A stretch of 63,764 nt of DNA, the filler included, from Chiloscyllium plagiosum (lineage: Eukaryota): the NCBI RefSeq assembly GCF_004010195.1. It is 5 parts of one record of this genome, joined end to end, with 100 filler letters (N's around TTAATTAATTAA, not from the genome) between each part and the next. Parts side by side here need not be neighbours in the genome. Positions count along the whole stretch, not along the records: positions 17,813 to 31,822 come from NC_057717.1; positions 31,923 to 42,660 come from NC_057717.1; 3 more parts are not named here. One strand, 5' to 3'. Both the position numbers and the translations under genes were made by a program. A model generated the notes under the pieces. That model ran no database searches. It was not told the origin of the DNA and saw nothing but the letters and a program-made list of their open reading frames with translations. Position 1 is the first letter of the stretch. The number at the start of each line of letters is the position of its first letter. Of this stretch, positions 25,720 to 36,939 are shown piece by piece.

Positions 25720-26870
25720 GCTAAGTTATCATAGGGATCAGTGCTCAGGCCTCAGCTGTTCACAATACCCATTAAACATTTGGTTGCGGGAATCAAATAC
25801 AATATATCCCAATCTGCTGACAGCACTAAATGATGTTGAATTGTGAGTGGGTGAGGACGTTTGAAAAAAGCGTCAAGGTGATTACGACAAGTGGAGTGAA
25901 TGGGCAAATACATTGCAGACGGAGAACAAGGTGGTTAGAGGTGACGCTGTGCCCTTTGGTGGGAACAATAGACTGGAAGCCCATCATTTGAAAAGGGATT
26001 GTATGAAACATGTTGATCTACAAAGGGACGCATGCTCCATTTTATTGTTTCCTTCTGCGCAGCCCTCCGAGGCCCCTGCAGCGCAGTCAGTTCTGAACCT
26101 GGAAGTCAATACTGGGAATGGCATTGGCACGCTGCCCAGTGTATATAGACCCCCCCCCCCCCCCCACCCCCGCCCCAAGTAGGGAGCTGTAACATTGAAA
26201 ATGATCTGTATCTCCTTGTACACCAGTCACTGAAATAAATATTGAAGAAAATAAAGCAGTTAGGAAGATAAATGATGTGCTGACCTTCATTTCAGGGGGA
26301 TTTGAGTCCAGGATAAGAGTGTCTTACTGCAGCTGTACAGGGCCTAAGTGAGACCCCATCTCGAACATTTTGCAGTGTTGTGTGCAGTTTTGGTCTCTGC
26401 ACCGAACAAAGGACAAACCTGACATTGAGGCAGAGCAGCAAAAGATGACCAGACCGATCTCTAGAATGACAGGCTTCTTGTGGGAGCAGTGTTTGGGGCG
26501 ACTGGGCCTGTATTCCATTGGGTTTAGGAAAATGGGTGGAGATCTCTGTGAGATGTATAAAACTCTGACAGGGTGAGACAGATTGGAAACAGGGATGATA
26601 ATTCCCCCGGCTGTAGTGTGGAAAAGAAGGGGCCACAGTATTAGGTACAGACAGGCCATTCTGCATTGAGATGACAATAAATGTCTGCCCTCAGAGACTG
26701 GTGAACTTGGGGAATACACTCGAACCATGACATTGAATATAAATACGGATTTAGAGACAGGAAAGGGATAGTGGGAGAGCAGTAGTACGGTGTGGAAATA
26801 AAAGGCCAACCATCATTATATTGAATTGGGGAGCAAACCTGTTGGACCAAAGGGACAGCTGCACTTCCTA
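25720..26870 (+). mobile_element. Degenerate CR1 3' portion
   Basis: GSVLRPQLF, LQLYRA..RPHL, CVQFWS, RLGLYS...RKMGGDL.E.YK. Confidence 0.8.
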
Positions 26871-27459
26871 TTTTACCGCTTCCCTCGGTTAATCACATTA
26901 ACAGATAAATTCATTGTGTGGGATAAGTGCATTGTGGAGATGTTTGAATATGAACGACTTTGAGGAAGGCTCAATGTGTTGTATAGCCTACTTCATTCGT
27001 GATGTTTCTGTGCAGTCTGAGGGAAAACTCTGTAAATGCTGTCACAAGCTCTCAGGTGTTAGGAAGGAGGTCTCTGTATTCGACAGGACTGTGTTTTCCG
27101 TTCCTTTACCCTTACTGAGGCAGGGGCTGGGTGTCCTGTCCGGGTTTATCCTTTAAGACCTCAGAGCAGTTTGTTACAATAGAGTGTCTTGCTTGGCCAA
27201 TTCAGAGACCATTGAAAAGTTTATCACATGTCTGTGTGTCTGGAGTTACATTTAGGCCAGACAAGGAAAGCACGGGAGATTCACTTCCTGAAAGTACATT
27301 GGGGAAATAAATTGTTGTGTACAATCAACATTGGCTTCAAGGGCACTATTTCTGACACCAGATTTTGCATCTTAATATCTTGTCATTGTGTATGATTTCC
27401 ATAGCATTAGCCTGGTCTAGGTTAGTAATCCAGTGACATTTCCACAACAGCACCATCTG

Positions 27460-28300
27460 CACATGGGGACCTATCGGAAACCACACTGAGCAGGTTATTT
27501 CTGTGCTGCTTGACAGCTCTGTCAAAAATATCTCCCACCAATTTGACTGGCGTGATAGGACTGAAGGGGTGGTAAATGGTCAGAATGTACTTATTCTCCT
27601 CTTAGGGGACTGGACATAGTTGAGTAATTATCCACATTGCCAGGGAGATGTCAGAGTTGGAGCTGGAATGAAACAGCTTGCCAGGGACACGGCTTGTTGT
27701 GCAGCAGAAGTCTTCAATCCTATTGCAAGACTGATGTCAGGGTCCATTGCCTTTGTCATATCTACTGTGTTCAGCTGTTTCTTCATGTCACAAGCAGTAA
27801 AGCGAATTGGTTGAAGACTGGCAAAACTGATTCTGTGGCATCATGGTGAGGGTGCGATGGATCATCGATTCCACACTTCTGGCTGAGGATGGTGCAGAAA
27901 CCACATCCTGGTCTTTTACACTGATGTACAGGACTGTTCAATTATTTAGGATGGGGATATTTTTGGATCCCTTTCCTCCAGTCATTTGTTTAATCGTCCA
28001 TCACCATTTATAACTCAATGTGGCAGGAGTGCAGAGCTTCGATCACATATGTTGGTCAAGTGTGGTAACTTTAATGCGTTAGCATTAGGTTTAGGTTCAC
28101 GTGGTTCTGACCCTGACACGTTCACCCACACTCGTCACTGAGCCATATATCGTGTTGATGGTAATGGCAGACTGAGGAGATTATCCCGGGTAAAACGTTA
28201 CAGGTTGTGGCGAAATTCAGGTCTGCTTCTCCTGCTGCTATGTTCTACAGCACTACATGAATACGCAGTTTTGAGCTGCAATATCTGCAATGCAATTCTG
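27460..28300 (-). mobile_element. LINE fragment, same family as 23977-25670
   Basis: Reverse similarity to 24300-24800 (AGGATGGGGATA, CTTCTGGCTGAGGAT, GGATCATC). Confidence 0.6.
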
Positions 28301-29599
28301 CTGTCTGTCCCTTCGTTCACAACAAGACCCATTCGACCATCAGTCATGTACGTAGTGACCTACTCTGGTTTTCTAATGTGAAAATACTTCCATTTTCATA
28401 CCCTCATTCTGTTGAGGGTCTCTCCCCGGGTCATGCTTCCAATCTGACACTGCAAAACCAATTAACTGATTTTAATTCAATTGTTTAATTCATCTGAGTA
28501 ATTTTCCCTTGAGTAATACATCTTCTGTGTTTAATATGAATATCTTTCCCTCTGTTTCTCGCCCTGACCATGATTAAGCGCTCTGTGGTGTCAGTGATGC
28601 CAATCTGATGTAGTTTCAGAGCCAATAAATTCTCTGGATTCCCAATAATCTTCACCACTCTGTATGTTTCCTATTTAGGTTTGATACCTTATCACTTATG
28701 GCTGCCTTGTCCTCCCATGAGTATGTTTAATCTCCTTTGGGATGAATTTCTGATATCCTCCAAATTTTCCACAGAGATTCCTGCCTTTGCTGCTCCCTGG
28801 TCTTTCCTGCTCGACTGCCCTTCCAATCAACTCTGGACAGCTCCTCCCGCATGTCTTTGAAATGACATTGCTCACTTATAATCACATTAAATTGAGAAGA
28901 GAGCAATAGATATAAACCGAAAGAATGAGTTTTGAGAGAAGGCACGCGAAGAATAATTGGTAAATTTCTTAACTAGCTACAAGGAGAGAAAGAGAGAGAG
29001 AGAATATAGATGAGGAAATGTGAAAAATGAGAAAACTAGATTATTGAAAGAAGTAGATGTACTTTCCTCAATATTTTGGCAATTCCTGTGTGCTGCAGTC
29101 CTTTGTATAGTGCATGTACAACAGAGTAATAAGTTCAAATGCTGGGTCTGATGCCAGTACATTTACCTCCAATAATATGACAGACACTAAAATTTGGAAA
29201 TAACACAGCTGGCCAGTATATTTAATTCCTGGTAGAAAGGGGATTAACTGAAATATGTTGGGACACCAGAAACAAGAATATATTTTTTAAAACACACAAC
29301 CTAATAAGAATGAGTGATTAGAGTAGAGAATTCCAGAAAGGGAGGGAAAGTTGAGAGAAGGGGAACAAATATATCACTTTAGATGAGCATCAAATAATGT
29401 TTTAATGTTTTTTTATAAATTTTATACATCATATGCATCATTTTTCGTTAACTGTGTCCCCGTTGTTCATTTAGAATATTGTGCACATATGGAAAATATT
29501 ACTTATCTGCACATGCATAGTTTAAACAGTGTATAAAAAACACTTTTCCACCATTGTAATGGTGCTGTTGTGCTTCCAGGATACATGAACACCAACTGG

Positions 29600-29875
29600 C
29601 CATCAAAAGACACGATCCACTATCACTATGTGCATTACATACAGAGAAAGAAGGGCAAAACACTTTGACTGGGGCAACACACACGCATACTAAGACACGC
29701 AAGGACCTTCTTAGAGAAATAGTATTCTAACCAGAAGTCCATCAATAAACACATCAATTTAGATCCTATCTACATTCTCTTGTAACAAAAAGAACTAGAA
29801 ATGACATCACTCACATTAAGAAACCAAGAGCTATAAATAGAGAGGCGGGACATACCACCAGCGCTTCAGCGAGTC
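29600..29875 (+). mobile_element. Penelope GIY-YIG C-terminal fragment
   Basis: H..KEG..FDWGNT, .S...SINKHINLDPIY pattern typical of Penelope ORF ends. Confidence 0.55.
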
Positions 29876-29879
29876 AACT

Positions 29880-31295
29880 TGCAAATATATAAATTGTCAT
29901 TTTTCATTTATTAATGGAATTTAGGAAATCTCTGCCACTCATGTTTTAACAGATTATGATATGAGGTGAGCTTTTCTGGCTGTGTTGTATTAATGAACAG
30001 AGGGATTCGACATTGATGTAATAACAGTTTGGGGCCTTGCCGTGTGGAAGTTGGACAGATTTGGGGTACAAAAGGTCCCAGCAAATATCAGCACATGGCA
30101 ATTAGAGACCTAAATCTTCAAATAAAACCGGTGGGAAAATTCATTTACTTTTTTTCACTTGTGGTTGGTTAAATTAAAAGGGAGGGAAATGGCTTTTAAC
30201 ATTATTAAAGAGGTTCCCAAATTTGCCAAGGAAGTTTAGAACGACAGAAGAAGGAATATTTTTAGAATTAGCAAATAGGTTGGAATTGGGTTTAACCAGG
30301 GAGAAAAGGGAAGCTGAAACTGTAATGGAGTTGGTCAAGCACTTTGGTGTGTCAGAGAAACAGGCAACTGCAGTCGAGTTAGAAAAAACTTAAATTGCAA
30401 ATATGGCAACTGGAGTTAGAAGATGAAAAAAGGGACGGAAACAGAGAGAGAACAAAGAGAAAGGGAAGGAGAGGAAAAAGAGAGAGAACTTGAAATTCAG
30501 AAGTTCGGAATTAGACAAGAAAGTTAATTTAATTGGGTAGAGATGAAGGGAGAACATAGGGATGTATTCTGCTATGTTAGTACATTACCATATTTCGGTG
30601 AGAAAAATGTCAAAATCTGTTTTTATTTCATTTGAAACAAAAGGCTCCGCAGATGGCGTGTCCAGTGAACTTGTGGGTAATGCTCCTTCAGACTAAGCTG
30701 GTGGGCACAGCTCGTGAGGTATGTGCAGCGCTGTCAGATGAAGGGTCAAGAGATTATGTAGATGTTAAACTGGCTATTTTGAGTGGTTGCGCATTGGTAC
30801 TAGAAGCATATAGACAGCGGTTCAGAAATATAGAGATGGAACCAGGTCAGACTTATGTTGCGTATGAAAGAGTTAACCAGTCATTTTGATAGATGGGTAT
30901 AGGCCTTAAAAATGTCGAAGACCTGTGAGGCTCGAAAGAAGATTATTCTGCTGGAGGAGTTTAAAGACTCACTTCCCGAGACGGTAAGAATTCACGTGAT
31001 GAACAGAAGTTCAACAAGTGAGAAGTGCGGCAGAAATGGCAGGTAAATATGCATTGGTGCATTAGATGAAATTTAGCTTTTGGTAGTATTTTCATCCTGT
31101 AAAGGATAGAAATTGGGAGAAGGGGAGATCCGACACGACAAAATAAAGAGTAAAGCACACTGGCAATACCTTTCCACAGGTGAAAAAGAAGCCCAAGGGA
31201 GTTGAAAGATGGTGAAAGGCCTCAGGTGTTCTCATTATAAGGGAGTGGATCAAATAAAATTACAATGCTGATTGTTTAAGAAGGGCACTGGGAAA
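29880..31295 (+). mobile_element. Gypsy LTR retrotransposon 5' part: LTR end, PBS remnant, gag with SCAN-like domain
   Basis: TAACA|GTTTGGGG at ~30022-30034; LLQTKLVG.AREV..AL...DY..VK.AIL....LV.EAYRQRFRN, IILLEEFK.SL; decayed zinc knuckle at ~31225-31270. Confidence 0.8.
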
Positions 31296-31297
31296 AA

Positions 31298-31822
31298 TTG
31301 TTTACCCCAGCTCAGGACAACACTCTCACAGACCTGCAAAGGACCTCTACTGTTCTTCATCCACAGGAGGATCCATAAACTAAACAAACAGTTCTTCCTG
31401 GCCATATCGGAAGTTAAAGACAGTAAGTACCAAAAACTTTCATGTACTTACCCCCACACTCCAGATTCCTCAACTGTTCCAGAATCTTCCATCGGCCTCC
31501 GAAATCAGTCTGGCGCCATTACACACGCGGCCGCTACATCGCCGGCGGCACAGCTGCCGACGACGACGATGATGACGTCACTTTCGCCCCCACCGACCTC
31601 GCAGCCTCCGCGTTCGCCGCCCAAACAACCGCCTCCGCGATCGCCGCCCAGACAACCGCCTCCGCGATCGCCATGAAGACAATCGCCGGCAGATTCGCGA
31701 CCTCCGCGGCTATGGGGAATAACTCTGCCTCTGCGGTCGTCGCAGCCACTTCCGCCCCCACTGACATCACTGAACTACAGGCCCACAACGCCGCATGTGT
31801 CTCCGCCCCCACGCCGATCTCC
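31298..31822 (+). mobile_element. Penelope ORF N-terminal region with CpG-rich 27-bp tandem repeats
   Basis: LPQLRTTLSQTCKGPLLFFIHRRIHKLN..KDSKYQKL; three 27-bp units GCCTCCGCGWTCGCC.. at 31604-31684; cut by spacer. Confidence 0.6.
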
Positions 31823-31922
31823 NNNNNNNNNNNNNNNNNNNNNNNNNNNNNNNNNNNNNNNNNNNNTTAATTAATTAANNNNNNNNNNNNNNNNNNNNNN
31901 NNNNNNNNNNNNNNNNNNNNNN
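31823..31922. other. Artificial scaffold spacer
   Basis: N44-TTAATTAATTAA-N44. Confidence 0.97.
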
Positions 31923-32314
31923 TGTTCATGGAACAGGACAATATGTTGCTTGAGGGGACAGCTCAGATCTCTCTGTAGTTTCATGTTGATCCTTCTATAG
32001 AAAGGATGACAGATCCATAACAAGTGACCTCTTCCTGAATCTCACCAATCTCCAGATGGAATTCCATTTCACAGGTTTTCTGGCCAACTGACCAGATGAT
32101 GAACATTTCCCCGCAGTATACAGATAACTCTCCCAAAAGAAGTGATTAATGTTTTAACGTCTGCAGTTGAATATAGTCCAACCAATTCTAGATCAGTGAG
32201 ATATATCAGGAAATCAGGTGACCAATACTTAAGCCTGAGGATAAATCAATAAACTACAGAAGTCTATCACGGGATTCGAAACACTATGCCTTCATCCCAC
32301 AAGTGGGTCAGACT

Positions 32315-33966
32315 GCTATTACGTATTCGAGATTTCACTCCTGTTTGACCCTGTAACATCCTGCAGACCATAAACAACTATTACCTCTTCCAGATTTCAT
32401 TCCTACTTGACCCTGTACTATCCTACAGACCATGAACAACTATTACCTCTAACAGATTTCATTCCGGCTTGTCTCTCAAGGTCACCCAGATTTCATTCCT
32501 GCTTGTTTCTGTAACACTAAGCTCACCATAATCAAAAATTCTCTCTAACAGACTTCATTCTGGATTGTTTCTGTAACTTCCTGCAGATTATAAATACCTA
32601 TTACCTATTCCATATTTCACTCCTGTTTGAACCTGTAACATCCTGCAGACCATAAACAACTATTACATCTTCCAGATTTCACTCCTGATTGTCTGTGTAA
32701 AATCTTTGATACCCTAACGAACTATATCACCACCCTGATTTCAATCCTGTTTGTCTCTGTAAAATCTTACAGACCATAAACAACTATGATCTCTTTCAGA
32801 TTTCACTCGTGATTGTATCTGTAAAATTCTACAGACCATGAACAACTATTACCTCTTCCAGATTACACTCATGCTTGCCTCTGTGGGTGGCATGGTGGCA
32901 CGGTGGTTAGCACTGCTGCCTCAGAGCGCCAGAGACCCGGCTTCAATTTCTGCCTCGGGTGACTGTCTGTGTGGAGTTCGCACATTCTCCCCGTGTCTGA
33001 GTGTGTTTTCTCCTGGTGCTTCGGTTTCTTCCCACAGTCTAAAAATGTGCAGGCCAGGTTAATTGTCCATGCTAAATTGTCCATCGTGTTAGGTGAAGGG
33101 GTAAAATGTGGGGGATTGGGTCTGGGTGGGATGCTCTTCGGAGGGTTGGTGTGAACTTGTTGGGTCGAAGGGCCTGTTTCCACACTGTAAATAATCTAAT
33201 CTAATCCAGCAGATTATAAACAACTATTACCTCTTGCAGATTTCATTCCTGCTTGTCTGTGTAACATGTGGCAGATTATAAACAACTATAACCTCTTCCA
33301 GATTTCACACCTGATTGTCTCTGTAACAGTCTGCAGATTATAAACAACTATTACCTCTTCAAGATTTCATTCCGACTTGCATCTGTGACATTCTCCAGAC
33401 CAGTCTGCAGATTATAAACAACTATTACCACTTCCATTTTTCACTCCTGCTCGATTCTGCAACATCCTACAGGCCATAAACAACTATTACCTTTACCAGA
33501 TTTCATTCCTGCTTACCTCTGTAACATCCTGCAGGTTATAAACAACTATTACCTCTTCTAGATTTCACTCCTGTTTTTTTCTTTAAAATACTGCAGACCA
33601 TACACATCTATGACCTCCCCTAGATTTCACTCCGGTTTGTCTCTGTAACACCCTGAAGACCATAAATAACTATTACCTCTTCCAGATTTCATTCCTTTTT
33701 GTATCTGTAACATCCTGCAGGTCATAAACAAATATTACCTGTTTCAGATTTCACTCCTGCTTGTTACCATAACGTCTGGCAGATTACAAACTACTATTAC
33801 ATCCACAAGATTTCATTCCTGCTTGTCTCTGTAACATTCTGCAGACCATAAACAACTACTACGTCCTCCAGATTTCAGTCCTGCTTATCTCTGTACAATG
33901 CTGCAGATCATAAACAACTATTCCCTATTCCAGATTTCACTCCCGATTGTCTCTGTAACATCCTGC
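32315..33966 (-). repeat. 62-bp satellite array, left arm
   Basis: Tandem CAGATTTCACTCCTGCTTGTCTCTGTAACATCCTGCAGACCATAAACAACTATTACCTCTTC variants. Confidence 0.95.
32885..33206 (+). mobile_element. Full-length HE1-type SINE inserted in satellite
   Basis: GGGTGGCATGGTGGCACGGTGGTTAGCACTGCTGCCTCA head, HE1 body, (CTAAT)n tail. Confidence 0.9.
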
Positions 33967-34892
33967 GTAACATGCATATGAAATCTGAAATTTTCAGATC
34001 CTCATTCAGGATTCCTGGAGCTCTGTCACTGGCCTGGAACAATGTGTTGAAAGTCCTATTGCAGTCCACACCAGGTACCTTTCCCACTGCCCTGCTCCCA
34101 CGGCCTGCAATGCTGCAGACTGAGCAGACAACCCGAAGCACAATGATGAGCTCCTTCCGGCCCACGGCCCTCCTTCTCACTGAATGAAGACAATCACCAG
34201 AAGCAGAATCCAGCTCTTGTTGGAGCCTTGAATACCTGACTCTGTCTCACTGAGTGAAGATTGGACTCAGAAACAGAAATGAAATCAACATCCTATCTGC
34301 ATTGTGTCACTCTTTAAGATCTCTGTGTGTCTGAGTTCAGGTCATTTGATTGGAGACTGCGGATAGTGGGTCCCCAGTGAAATGGAAAGAATGGGGGAGG
34401 AGCTCACTGAGGGACATCTCTCAAAGAGAGAATCAGAAAGATGCTATTCCGCATTGGAAGGGTTTAAGGTGAATTGATGGTTCAGAAAAATGTTATANNN
34501 NNNNNNNNNNNNNNNNNNNNNNNNNNNNNNNNNNNNNNNNNNNNNNNNNNNNNNNNNNNNNNNNNNNNNNNNNNNNNNNNNNNNNNNNNNNNNNNNNNNN
34601 NNNNNNNNNNNNNNNNNNNNNNNNNNNNNNNNNNNNNNNNNNNNNNNNNNNNNNNNNNNNNNNNNNNNNNNNNNNNNNNNNNNNNNNNNNNNNNNNNNNN
34701 NNNNNNNNNNNNNNNNNNNNNNNNNNNNNNNNNNNNNNNNNNNNNNNNNNNNNACCATCACGCTGCTAGCAGCGCTCTCCCCATTCCCAAACACACTTAT
34801 CAAGGCCGTGATCATCACCAACTGGATTGGGGCTGAAACCCAAACAAGAAATTGCTGGAGAAGCTCAGCAGGTCTGACAGCACCAGAATTTG

Positions 34893-34975
34893 GGCGGCAT
34901 GGCGGCTCAGTGGTTTGCACCAGGGTCCCACGTTAAATTACAGCCTCAGGCTACTGTTTGTGTGGAGTTTGGTTC
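34893..34975 (+). mobile_element. HE1 SINE 5' fragment
   Basis: GGGCGGCATGGCGGCTCAGTGGTTTGCAC..TGTGTGGAGTTT. Confidence 0.6.
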
Positions 34976-36236
34976 AGTAAACATCTAAGAGCTCAGGAAA
35001 TGTGAGCAGGAGGAGACTATACAGCCTGTTAAACTGTTCAGTCTGTTCTGGCAGTCAATCCAATCAGAGCTGGCTTGAGATTTCAAATCCGGTTTCCGAT
35101 CGACTCCCCATATCCCGTGACTCCCTGAGACACCGGTAATCTGTCTATTCCAATGGGAAATGTACTCAGTGAGGGAGCATCCACAATCCTCAGGTAGAGA
35201 GAATATTAAAGACTCAGAGTCCCCGACAGACGAGATTAAACCTCTGGGTAAATAGGCACACAAGCCATGTGAGGCCCCATAGGGTGAGCCTGTCGACTAG
35301 ACCTCAGGCCTGTGCTCCCCTTCTGGAGGTTGTTCTTTCCTGGACTCGAACATTTTGGATCTTCACGTTGCAGCTTTCCAAACAAAAGTTCCTCAGGATA
35401 AAAGAGAGAAAGGATGAGTTGAAAGGGGGAGGGAGAGCATTTTGAAGGCATGTTACACAGCAAGATCCCAGATTTAAAAGCACCCCTGGCCAGCTCCAAT
35501 GTATTAATGTATCTAACACAGTCAGCAGTTAGGGTGGAAAGTGGTGTGGGAGCAGATCTTACCAGAGATTGGAGGAGGATAGTGAGGGAAAGGCATCAGA
35601 TTATTACACTTTGCAGTGACCTGGGATCAATTACCTTTTAATGAAAACAATTCCCAACTTGTAGCTCCTTCCAATCTGAAACTCTCATTACCCTCTATCC
35701 TGTCTCCTCTCTCTAAGCCCATCGTGTATTCATTCTGTTACTGACCCTTCAGTCCCACGGGCATCATTTTTTCTCACAATTCCAATTGGAGACCTTCTCT
35801 CATCCACGCGAAGGAATTGAACCCTGACAATTCCATTTACACTGTCTCCCATCAATCTTCATAGGATCCATATCGCAGAGGTTAGACAGTGTTCCCAGCA
35901 AACTCTCCCGGGGCAGAGGGAGCACAGAGTTCCATACAGCGTAAAGCTCCCATTAAACTGAACCCATTCAAATCCCCAGGACAGGTAGAGAATGAGGTTC
36001 GATGCAGAGTAAATCTCTGTACTGCAGCATTTCCAATTCCAAGGCCATTTTGAGCTCGGCGTTAGGTACTGATTAAATCTCCCATTTCCCCCATCCTGTT
36101 CACACCAAACTCAATCAGGATAGCTCCATCACTGGGTTAGATACAGAGTATGTGTATGTTGGATTCCAGCCCCAATCCAGTTGGTGATGATCAAGGCCTT
36201 GTTAACTGTGGGAATGGAAAAGGAGTGGTGAACAGG

Positions 36237-36308
36237 GTGATGGTGGTATAGTGGTGAGCATAGCTGCTTTTTAAGCAGTTGGCCTGGGTTCGATTCCCAG
36301 CCATCGCT
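36237..36308 (+). pseudogene. tRNA-Gly(TCC)-derived gene with anticodon loop mutated to TT-TTT-AA
   Basis: Acceptor GTGATGG/CCATCGC, TGGTATAGTGGTGAGCATAG, anticodon stem CTGC/GCAG, GGTTCGATTCCC; T5 run would terminate Pol III. Confidence 0.85.
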
Positions 36309-36939
36309 GGTTTGTGCACAGCCTTTTAAAGGTAAGGCACTGGGATAAATCGAGGACATAAATCTTTCATTCTGTGGTAAACTCGGATCTGTCAGATTGC
36401 TCCTCACTTTTCCTGGCGATGGTTTCTGTGAATTGCAGTNNNNNNNNNNNNNNNNNNNNNNNNNNNNNNNNNNNNNNNNNNNNNNNNNNNNNNNNNNNNN
36501 NNNNNNNNNNNNNNNNNNNNNNNNNNNNNNNNNNNNNNNNNNNNNNNNNNNNNNNNNNNNNNNNNNNNNNNNNNNNNNNNNNNNNNNNNNNNNNNNNNNN
36601 NNNNNNNNNNNNNNNNNNNNNNNNNNNNNNNNNNNNNNNNNNNNNNNNNNNNNNNNNNNNNNNNNNNNNNNNNNNNNNNNNNNNNNNNNNNNNNNNNNNN
36701 NNNNNNNNNNNNNNNNNNNNNNNNNNNNNNNNNNNNNNNNNNNNNNNNNNNNNNNNNNNNNNNNNNNNNNNNNNNNNNNNNNNNNNNNNNNNNNNNNNNN
36801 NNNNNNNNNNNNNNNNNNNNNNNNNNNNNNNNNNNNNNNNNNNNNNNNNNNNNNNNNNNNNNNNNNNNNNNNNNNNNNNNNNNNNNNNNNNNNNNNNNNN
36901 NNNNNNNNNNNNNNNNNNNNNNNNNNNNNNNNNNNNNNN

